Origin: a virus
IMG/VR virus record: IMGVR_UViG_3300028585_000003
Span: 67,302 to 91,370 of that record
DNA length: 24,069 bases
Strand: one strand, 5' to 3'
Shown: in pieces, positions 1-6,921 of the stretch
Numbering within the stretch: the first letter of the stretch is position 1
Layout: each line of letters begins with the position of its first letter
Translations under genes and position numbers: made by a program
The notes under the pieces: model-generated
What the model saw: the letters and a program-made list of their open reading frames with translations, nothing else
Told to the model about the DNA's origin: nothing
Database searches by the model: none

Positions 1-11
1 AGGGCCGCCAC

Positions 12-3000
12 ATGGGCACCCCGAATTGGCTCCTGGCCGTGCGCAACTCCCTCGACCACCTGGGCGAGAACGAGCGCCAGAGCTGGTGGGAGGCAATCAG
101 CGCGGGCCTCGCCGTCATGGGGCTCATGCAGGACGCAAGCAGCGTCGAGCCGTACAACTACGTCGAGGGCTATCCGGTCCTGTCGGCCCAGCTCGCGCGC
201 GTCCAGTCCTACGGTAACAAGTCGTTCGGCCGCGCCGCCAAGGACGTGAAAGACGGCCTGCTGTCGATCCGCAATGCCCGCGTGAAGGGCGAATTTACGC
301 CGTTCTGGAAGGGTGAAATCCTGGCGACGCGCGAAGCCGCGATGCTGACCCCGAGCCAGCTTTACGAGAAGGTCAAGTACGAAGCCGAGGACGAAAGCGG
401 CTATGTGCCGGTCGAGAAAATGGCCGCCGCGTTCTCGGGTTTCGACCCGCTGACGGACGAGGAATGGTGCATTTCCGCTGACGGCAAATCCGTCATTCGC
501 GCCAACGACTACTACACCGGCAGCTATGCCGACTTCCTGGAAGCGGCCGCCGTCGAGCTGGAAAACTGCGACGATCCGGCGATCCGCGCCAAGCTGGTAC
601 GCCAGCACGAAGCGGCAAAGACCCGCCTGGGCACCGTCGATGTAGCGTCGATGACGTTCTCCCTGTTCACGCCACACGTCACGAACCTGCAAAAGCTGGA
701 ATTCCTGCGCGCCTACGTGAGCCCGGACATTTTCTTGACCACCGACGCGCTCGGCCGCGAGCAGTTCGACATTAAACAGCCTTCTCTGTCGAAGTGGGCC
801 AATGCCGAGGACACGGCCGCCCACAAGGCGATGCAGCGCTTCGTGAAAGGCTACCTCAAGAACCAGAACATCACGACCCAAAGCAAGGCCGTCGATGTGG
901 AGTCGGACCCAGACAAAGAGGCCGCACTGGTTCGCCGCATCAAGGAAATCGCCGACGCGGCAAAAGCCCAGTTCGACGCCTGGGCGCGCGCCAACGAAGA
1001 AGTGCAGGCCGGACTGAACGCCCGTCTCAATTCGCCCGAGGCGCTGCGCTTCATTGAAGAACCGGACGGCTCGCCGCTGGAAATCCCTGGCCTGAACGTG
1101 GCGACCTTCCCGCCGCACGCCTACCAGTATGCGGCCGTGCGCCGGTTCTCGCGCAACCTGAGCGGCGTGCTCGGCTTCGACGTGGGCCTGGGCAAGACCA
1201 TCACCGCTCTGGCCGCGATCCAGTATTGCCAGAGCATCGGCGTCAAGCGCAAGACCATCTTCGTCGTGCCGAATGCCACCCTGACCAACTGGAAGAAGGA
1301 AAGCGGCAAGGCGTATCTGGACACGTCCGACTGCCTGTATGTCGGTCTGGTGCAGGGCAAGAACGGCAAGGACAAGATCGACAACGCCCAGGTGAAGGTC
1401 GATCTGAACGTGATCCGCGAGAATCGCCACTCGAAAATCTTTATGACGCTCGAAGCGTTCAAGCTGATCCCGCTGCGCGAAGAAACGATGGCGGCCTACG
1501 TCCAGTACCTCACCGAGAACGACGACGCCTACCTGCTGGCCGAAGAAGACGCCAGCAAAAAGAAAGCGAAAATTGCCGCCGACAGCAAGAGCAAGGCTGT
1601 CAAGGATACCGGCGAGAAGTCCGGCGCACTGCCCTACTTCGAGGATATGGGCGTCGATTCCCTGGTGCTGGACGAGGCGCACAATTACAAAAATAGCAAG
1701 ATGACTTCGAGCCAGTTCAAGGGCGCGAAGTACCTTGCTGACCCGAGCAAGAGCCAGCGCGGCATGGATATGCAGGCGAAAGCGTGGTTCCTGCGCGGCC
1801 TGTCGCCCCGCAACGACGGCGTGCTGTCGCTGACCGCCACCCCAGTGACAAATTCGCCCCTGGAAGTCTACGCGATGCTGACCCTGGCGCTGGGCGAGCG
1901 CGAAGTTAATGCGATGTACGGCGTGACCGGCGCGGACAGCTTCATGGCGGCCGCCTGCGAGATTGACGAGCGCGAGGAAGAAAACATCGTGGGCATCATG
2001 CGCCCGGTGCGCGTGTTCGGCGGTCTGCAAAACGCGGACCTGCTGCGCCGCTTGCTGCGCACCTCGACCGTCATCAAAACCGCCGAGGACGTGAAGGCCG
2101 ACGGCCTGAACATCAGCGTGCCGGACGCCGATGAGGTGGCCGTGTCCGTCGATATCGGCGCGGACGCCATGAGCACCATCATCGGCTACAAGGAAGAATA
2201 CAAAGAGGCGGTCAAGGCCATCAAGGCAGGCGGCGCATCGGCCGAGGAAAAACTGGCCGCAAGCCCGTTCAACCTGATCCGCAAGATGACGAAAGTCATC
2301 AACGACCGGGAGATGGACACCGGCATTTTCAGTTTCAAGCACAAGGCGACGCAGGCCGAAGCGGCGGCCAAGGCCATCGCCGCCTTCAACAAGAAAAACA
2401 TCGTTGAAGAACGCGACTACTCGGACGACAACGCTGACCCGGCCGACGTGAAAACCCGCGTCGTCAAGGACGTGGAAACCGGCGAATCCGTCACGAAGTT
2501 CCTCATCACCGTGCGCGCCCGCGCCGCAAGCAAGGGTAGCGCGGTCGAGCTGCTGTCAACTGACTTTGAAACCCAGGACGTGCTGCTGAAACTGCTGGCC
2601 GCCAATGACATCGAGCCGTCGGTGAAGATCAGCCCGAAGCTGGCCGCTGTCATCGAGAACGTGCGCAATGAGGCGGCCATCCCGCGCCACATGGGCCAAG
2701 CCAAGCAGATCATTTTCTGCGACGAGCTGAGCCTGCACCACAAGATCAAGCTGGCGCTGACGCAGGCGGTCGGCATCCCGTCGGGCAAAATCAAGATCGT
2801 CAACGCGGTATCGGTGGACACGGCCGGGATGCAGGACGTGCAGGACGGATTCAACGCCGACGGCGAGGAAAACAAGTACACCATCGTCATCGCGAACAAG
2901 AAAGCCGAGGTGGGCATCAACCTGCAAAAAGGTTGCCAAGCCATCCACCACATGACGATTGGCTGGACGCCCGACTCGATCCACCAGCGTAACGGCCGTG

Positions 3001-5309
3001 GCGTGCGCCAGGGCAACCCGGTGGCCAAGGTCAACGTGTACCACTACGACGCCGACGGCACTTTCGACGGCTACAAGCGCAAGCTGGTCGGCATCAAGGC
3101 CGATTGGATTGGCTCGCTTATGTCCGGCGACTCGACCTCGATCAAGATTGAAGGCGATATGTCGAAAGAGGACTACGAAATGCTGGCCGATGCCGTGGGC
3201 GACGCGGGCGCAATGGGCCGCATCAGCGAGGAAATCGAAAAGCGCCAGAAGCGCCAGAAGGTCGCCGCCGTCAAGGTGGCCCAGCTCCAGAGCCTGCGCA
3301 TCATCGACGCACAATCGAAGTGGCTGGAAAAGTTCACCGCCACCCAGCGCCACCGCGAGCTGGTCGGCTTTTCGGCATGGGTCAATAGCAAGCTGGCCGT
3401 CGCCAGGCAGACCACCGCCGAAATCAAGAAGGTGCAGACCCGCCTGGACGAAACGGAAGGCCCGATCTTGGCCGCCCGCCTGCGCAAGCAGATCGAGGAA
3501 CTGACCGCCAAGCGCACCAATCAGCTTTCCATGCTGGGCGGCCTGTCGGTCGATTCCGACGGCATCCCGATTGCGCCGGGCGAGTACGGTAGCATCACCG
3601 ACGAACTCAAGGCAACGGCCGCGTACCAGAGCTGGCAGAAGGACGTTTCCATCGTCACCCGCATGCGCGATGAGGCGGCCGTGGGCTTCACCCAGCGCGC
3701 AGGCGACGGCTACAGCACGGACGAGCTGGCCGCCTTCCAGGCTGGCGACGCCGAGATTGTCACCGGCTCGCTGGTCGCGGTGGGTAGCTTCGTGGACGTG
3801 GGTGACAAGCTGCTGGTCGTGATGAAGCCGAGCGCGGGCGCTTCCCTGGTCGGCTTCAACCCGGCCGATATGAGCAAGTCGGAGCTGCTGCGCATGACCG
3901 GCGCGAAGTTCATCGCCCGCAGTTCCGATGAGTGGCGAGCGACCGTGCAGCGCGCTGTCAATCTGGACAAGGCGCGCATCGCGACCGGCGAAGGCTTCCA
4001 GGCCAACGATCTGTCACTGTATTCGTCCCTGGTGGACGACGTGCGCGACGCGCTGGACGTGGCGATTCCGTCGCAAAGCCTGCGCATCGACTCGTTCCGG
4101 TTCAAAGCGCCTTACTTCCCGTTCGCCCTGCCAGAAGGCTCGACGGGTGGCGCGCTGGTGGCGAAGATCATGGCCGAGCAAGCGCCGATGATCCAGTCCT
4201 ACGGCCGCTACTATGCCGTCGTGCTCAAGGACTTGCGCGACGTGGGCAGCGGCGGCTACGCGCCCGAGGAAACGAAGGTCAAGGAGCTGGCCGTGTACGC
4301 CCAGGCGCACAAGCTGCGCGCCACCGAAGCCGACCTGTCGGCCGTTGCTGGCACCACCGTGCAGCGCGCCCTGAGCTTCATGGGCACTCTGTCGGAGTTC
4401 GCAAATGCCCTGCCGGGCGGCGTGGCGGCCGCCAAGACGCACGACGAACTGGACGCCTGGGCGCTGGCGTTCCTGCAAGGTGCGCAACAGGCGGTCGCGG
4501 TCGATTCTCTCGAAATCGCGCTGGGCTCGCAATACGCGAACTACGTCAAGCGCCGCAACACGATTGATGACGGCATCGAGCGCTGGCACCTGTTCTCCGT
4601 CCACGAAAAATACGTCCTGTCGAAGCCGATGCAGGCCGCGCTGGGCGAGGCCGTGGAAAAAGGTCTGCTGGCCGACGAAATCGCCACCGCATCGAGCGAC
4701 TACTACCTGCCGTCCGACTTCATGGAGAGCCACGGCCGCAAGCTGGTCGAGCTGCTGTTCGCCGAGGTGGGCGAATACGTCGAAATCAAGGTGGGCGCGG
4801 CCGAAGCGCGAGCCCTGCAAAGCCTGCCGGGATCGGCGCGTATGCACGTTTCCACCTGGGCGGCGGCCGTCGAGATTACGGGCTACTTCGTGTCGCAGTG
4901 CTGGATGAACATGCGCAAGTGGGCCAAGACCTACAAGGCCATGCACTCGCTGGACGTGGCGGGCGTGGACCCGGACGGGATGCTCAAGGCGCTGCGCAAG
5001 CTGCCGGGCGTAATCGGCGCTGAAATCAGCCGGACGGACGACCTGAAAACGCAGGACCGCTACTCGGCAACCTACTTGTACAAGGCGAACGAGTTCATCT
5101 TGCTCAAGCTGGCGAAGGGGACGCCGACCTATGACAAGGTGGCCGTTGCTGGCGCTGCCGGGCTGCAAGGCCGGACGTTCGACAACTCGGCCAAGGCGTT
5201 CCGGGTGACGATCAAGGATGACCAGAAATTCAGCGACGGCAAGCCCGTTGCTTCGGTTTCCACCCTGTTTGCGCACCTGGGCCTGAACATCGGCGACTAC
5301 CTGCTGTAA
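12..5309 (+). CDS. darB: DarB-like SNF2/SF2 helicase (defence against restriction protein B), probably 5'-truncated by the window edge
   Basis: SF2 motifs: I GFDVGLGKT, II LDEAH, III TATP, V EVGINLQ, VI QRNGRGVRQG. The frame is open back to position 3, so the true start and the expected N-terminal methyltransferase-like part likely lie upstream. Followed by ulx as in P1. Confidence 0.85.
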   Translation: MGTPNWLLAVRNSLDHLGENERQSWWEAISAGLAVMGLMQDASSVEPYNYVEGYPVLSAQLARVQSYGNKSFGRAAKDVKDGLLSIRNARVKGEFTPFWKGEILATREAAMLTPSQLYEKVKYEAEDESGYVPVEKMAAAFSGFDPLTDEEWCISADGKSVIRANDYYTGSYADFLEAAAVELENCDDPAIRAKLVRQHEAAKTRLGTVDVASMTFSLFTPHVTNLQKLEFLRAYVSPDIFLTTDALGREQFDIKQPSLSKWANAEDTAAHKAMQRFVKGYLKNQNITTQSKAVDVESDPDKEAALVRRIKEIADAAKAQFDAWARANEEVQAGLNARLNSPEALRFIEEPDGSPLEIPGLNVATFPPHAYQYAAVRRFSRNLSGVLGFDVGLGKTITALAAIQYCQSIGVKRKTIFVVPNATLTNWKKESGKAYLDTSDCLYVGLVQGKNGKDKIDNAQVKVDLNVIRENRHSKIFMTLEAFKLIPLREETMAAYVQYLTENDDAYLLAEEDASKKKAKIAADSKSKAVKDTGEKSGALPYFEDMGVDSLVLDEAHNYKNSKMTSSQFKGAKYLADPSKSQRGMDMQAKAWFLRGLSPRNDGVLSLTATPVTNSPLEVYAMLTLALGEREVNAMYGVTGADSFMAAACEIDEREEENIVGIMRPVRVFGGLQNADLLRRLLRTSTVIKTAEDVKADGLNISVPDADEVAVSVDIGADAMSTIIGYKEEYKEAVKAIKAGGASAEEKLAASPFNLIRKMTKVINDREMDTGIFSFKHKATQAEAAAKAIAAFNKKNIVEERDYSDDNADPADVKTRVVKDVETGESVTKFLITVRARAASKGSAVELLSTDFETQDVLLKLLAANDIEPSVKISPKLAAVIENVRNEAAIPRHMGQAKQIIFCDELSLHHKIKLALTQAVGIPSGKIKIVNAVSVDTAGMQDVQDGFNADGEENKYTIVIANKKAEVGINLQKGCQAIHHMTIGWTPDSIHQRNGRGVRQGNPVAKVNVYHYDADGTFDGYKRKLVGIKADWIGSLMSGDSTSIKIEGDMSKEDYEMLADAVGDAGAMGRISEEIEKRQKRQKVAAVKVAQLQSLRIIDAQSKWLEKFTATQRHRELVGFSAWVNSKLAVARQTTAEIKKVQTRLDETEGPILAARLRKQIEELTAKRTNQLSMLGGLSVDSDGIPIAPGEYGSITDELKATAAYQSWQKDVSIVTRMRDEAAVGFTQRAGDGYSTDELAAFQAGDAEIVTGSLVAVGSFVDVGDKLLVVMKPSAGASLVGFNPADMSKSELLRMTGAKFIARSSDEWRATVQRAVNLDKARIATGEGFQANDLSLYSSLVDDVRDALDVAIPSQSLRIDSFRFKAPYFPFALPEGSTGGALVAKIMAEQAPMIQSYGRYYAVVLKDLRDVGSGGYAPEETKVKELAVYAQAHKLRATEADLSAVAGTTVQRALSFMGTLSEFANALPGGVAAAKTHDELDAWALAFLQGAQQAVAVDSLEIALGSQYANYVKRRNTIDDGIERWHLFSVHEKYVLSKPMQAALGEAVEKGLLADEIATASSDYYLPSDFMESHGRKLVELLFAEVGEYVEIKVGAAEARALQSLPGSARMHVSTWAAAVEITGYFVSQCWMNMRKWAKTYKAMHSLDVAGVDPDGMLKALRKLPGVIGAEISRTDDLKTQDRYSATYLYKANEFILLKLAKGTPTYDKVAVAGAAGLQGRTFDNSAKAFRVTIKDDQKFSDGKPVASVSTLFAHLGLNIGDYLL

Positions 5310-5318
5310 ACTTTAACC

Positions 5319-5342
5319 CGCCGCCCCATCACCGGGGCGGCG
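5319..5342 (+). other. GC-rich intergenic hairpin without U-tract between darB and ulx
   Basis: CGCCGCCCC-ATCACC-GGGGCGGCG, a perfect 9-bp stem; preceded by AACC, resembling the start of the spacers at 6343 and 6520. Confidence 0.55.
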
Positions 5343-5358
5343 TCAACGAAAGAACGAT

Positions 5359-5760
5359 ATGAGCGATTCCGATTACAAGATGGACACTGACTACCTGCGC
5401 GCCAAGCGGGCCGAATACTGGGCGGCTGTCCACGAAAAGCCGCTGCTGCCCATCTTCATCGAGCAGACCCGCAAGGTGCTGGCGAAAGACCCGAAAAACT
5501 ACCTGCGCTATGGCCCCTACTGGTGGGCGATGAAGCGCATCCTGCGCGCGGGTGGCGTGGCCGTGGGCACCTACGATGAGCCAATTTGGGCCGGTGAATA
5601 CGAGGTGAAGGACGGCGACGAGGTGGATGCCGAACTGACTTTGATCGCTGGCTGGGAGTTCGCCGACGACAACATCGGCAACGTCGGCGTGCTTACCAAT
5701 GAATACGAGCTGGGCGGCCGCACTTTCGTGCTGTACGACCCGGATCAGGCCGCGCGCTGA
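5359..5760 (+). CDS. ulx: Ulx-like protein (aids DarB incorporation into capsids in P1)
   Basis: KDPKNYLRYGPYWWAMKRIL and ELTLIAG match my recollection of P1 Ulx motifs (YRSYGPYW, LTLIAA); directly downstream of darB. Confidence 0.75.
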   Translation: MSDSDYKMDTDYLRAKRAEYWAAVHEKPLLPIFIEQTRKVLAKDPKNYLRYGPYWWAMKRILRAGGVAVGTYDEPIWAGEYEVKDGDEVDAELTLIAGWEFADDNIGNVGVLTNEYELGGRTFVLYDPDQAAR

Positions 5761-5784
5761 CCAGCGCCAGCCCCGCAAGTCCAG

Positions 5785-5807
5785 GCCCGCCGCGCGCGGG
5801 CTTTTTT
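5785..5807 (+). terminator. Rho-independent terminator after ulx
   Basis: GCCCGC-CGCGC-GCGGGC followed by TTTTTT. Confidence 0.85.
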
Positions 5808-5825
5808 ACGCTCATCGAAAAACTG

Positions 5826-5855
5826 TTGACGATCCGTTTTATGAGCGCATATAAT
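5826..5855 (+). promoter_or_regulatory. Near-consensus sigma70 promoter driving the small-gene operon
   Basis: TTGACG (5826-5831), 18-bp spacer, TATAAT (5850-5855), immediately after a terminator. Confidence 0.8.
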
Positions 5856-5904
5856 CCGTTTCATTGATGCGGCGCACGGTGCGCGGCAAGAACGGGAGAG
5901 CAAC

Positions 5905-6339
5905 ATGCTGGAAGTGAAACTGGATGGTCAAATCGAGGTTGCAACCTTCACCGGCATGGAATCGAAGGTCGCTGTGATTGACGAGCAAGGCAACCGCTAC
6001 GCCCTGCTGGTGAAAGATGGCGAAGACCGCGCATGGTCGGGCGACGTGACCCAAGATTCGGTGCCTTGCCGACTGGTCGCGGAATTCATGGGCGAGCTGT
6101 TTGAAGTTTTCATGGGCTCGGGCAAGTTCGACGACAAGGGCCGCGAAATCGGCTGGACGGTCGGCCTGCGTGATAATGGGATCGACTACCATGCTTGGGT
6201 GCAAAGTGCCCGTCGCCCGAAAAATGGCGAGTTCCACGATTTCGGCGTGCCGCAGCGCTCCAAAAAATTCGACAGCCTGGATGCTTCCAAGCGCTGGGCC
6301 TATGCGACCGCTAAAGCCCGCATTGCCAAGCTGAACTAA
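5905..6339 (+). CDS. Hypothetical protein (144 aa), first gene of the accessory operon
   Basis: GGGAGAG RBS before ATG; downstream of a strong promoter; no family recognised. Confidence 0.75.
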   Translation: MLEVKLDGQIEVATFTGMESKVAVIDEQGNRYALLVKDGEDRAWSGDVTQDSVPCRLVAEFMGELFEVFMGSGKFDDKGREIGWTVGLRDNGIDYHAWVQSARRPKNGEFHDFGVPQRSKKFDSLDASKRWAYATAKARIAKLN

Positions 6340-6342
6340 GAC

Positions 6343-6387
6343 CAACCCCGCGCCCGCAAGGGCGCATTACCGGAGAATCCGCACATG
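6343..6387 (+). repeat. Intergenic cassette spacer, copy 1 (CAACCCCGCGCCCGC..GGGCGCA..TACCGGAGAATCCG..ATG) with GCAA-tetraloop hairpin
   Basis: First 15 nt identical to 6520-6534; stem GCGCCC-GCAA-GGGCGC (6350-6365); includes the RBS of the next gene. Confidence 0.8.
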
Positions 6388-6519
6388 GAAAATGCACTCG
6401 TCAACTTCAAGTGGCGCATTGCCAACGGTGGGCATCTGCCCGCCGTGGCCGATACCGTGGCCTGGCTGTTCAATGTGGACCGCGACGCCCTGGTCAAAGC
6501 CTACCGCGCTGCCGCCTAA
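6385..6519 (+). CDS. Small hypothetical protein (44 aa, MENALVNFKWRIANGGHLPAVADTVAWLFNVDRDALVKAYRAAA), absent from the ORF track
   Basis: GGAGA RBS at 6372-6376, ATG 6385, TAA 6517-6519; exactly fills the gap between the two repeated spacers; GC-rich third positions. Confidence 0.75.
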   Translation: MENALVNFKWRIANGGHLPAVADTVAWLFNVDRDALVKAYRAAA

Positions 6520-6568
6520 CAACCCCGCGCCCGCTACGGTGGGCGCACACTACCCGGAATCCGATATG
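6520..6568 (+). repeat. Intergenic cassette spacer, copy 2, with C(UACG)G-tetraloop hairpin
   Basis: CAACCCCGCGCCCGC-TACG-GTGGGCGCA-CAC-TACCCGGAATCCGAT-ATG; stem GCGCCCGC/GTGGGCGC (6527-6546) with one G-U pair. Confidence 0.8.
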
Positions 6569-6796
6569 AACAATACGCGACGCGCCGAAATCCGCGCCAT
6601 CCGCGAGCGCTTGGAGGCGATCAAGGATGAAATCGAAGCGCTGGGCGACGCCGAGCGCGACGCCTACGACAATATGCCAGAAGGGCTGCAAGCGGCCCCG
6701 AACGGCGAGAAGATGGAACAGGCCGCGACCGCCCTAGAAACGGCCGTCGAACAGATTGATGAGGCTCTGGATAGCTTGGACGAAGCCGTCGAATAA
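6566..6796 (+). CDS. Small acidic coiled-coil protein (76 aa, MNNTRRAEIRAIRERLE...YDNMPEGLQ...GEKMEQ), a common phage/plasmid hypothetical type
   Basis: ATG at 6566 follows spacer copy 2 (the track's 6392 start is an artificial extension); heptad pattern; strongly acidic C-terminal half. Confidence 0.8.
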   Translation: MNNTRRAEIRAIRERLEAIKDEIEALGDAERDAYDNMPEGLQAAPNGEKMEQAATALETAVEQIDEALDSLDEAVE

Positions 6797-6798
6797 GC

Positions 6799-6822
6799 GC
6801 CACCGCCACCGCCACCGCCACC
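6799..6822. repeat. (GCCACC)4 tandem repeat
   Basis: Four exact hexamer copies between the stop codon and the terminator. Confidence 0.9.
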
Positions 6823-6845
6823 AGCCCGCCATGCGCGGGCTTTTT
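6823..6845 (+). terminator. Rho-independent terminator closing the accessory operon
   Basis: AGCCCGC-CATGC-GCGGGCT followed by TTTT. Confidence 0.85.
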
Positions 6846-6852
6846 CATTTGT

Positions 6853-6894
6853 GGAAAACCAGCGCCGGGACGCCCTGCCCGGCACGCAACAATG
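6853..6894 (+). promoter_or_regulatory. Putative late promoter 1 (portal operon): GGAAAAC-N28-AACAAT-G
   Basis: Same motif and spacing recur at 12162, 15287 and 19859; no canonical -35. Confidence 0.65.
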
Positions 6895-6921
6895 CAGGCT
6901 GACACATCACCGTGAAAAGCC

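Noticed and set aside
560-600. Intragenic GGAAAAC at 560 (and 2867) as late promoters
   Set aside because: No nAnnnT hexamer at the conserved 28-nt distance; explained by coding sequence.
5319-5342. Terminator between darB and ulx
   Set aside because: Strong stem but no U-tract on either strand; kept only as a structural hairpin.
6392-6565. N-terminal extension of the 134-aa ORF 6392-6796
   Set aside because: Overlaps the better-supported 44-aa ORF and the spacer hairpin; the real start is ATG 6566.
6343-6568. CRISPR array or integron attC interpretation of the repeated spacers
   Set aside because: Only two clear copies, separated by a full ORF; no cas or integrase gene; no RYYYAAC...GTTRRRY attC ends.
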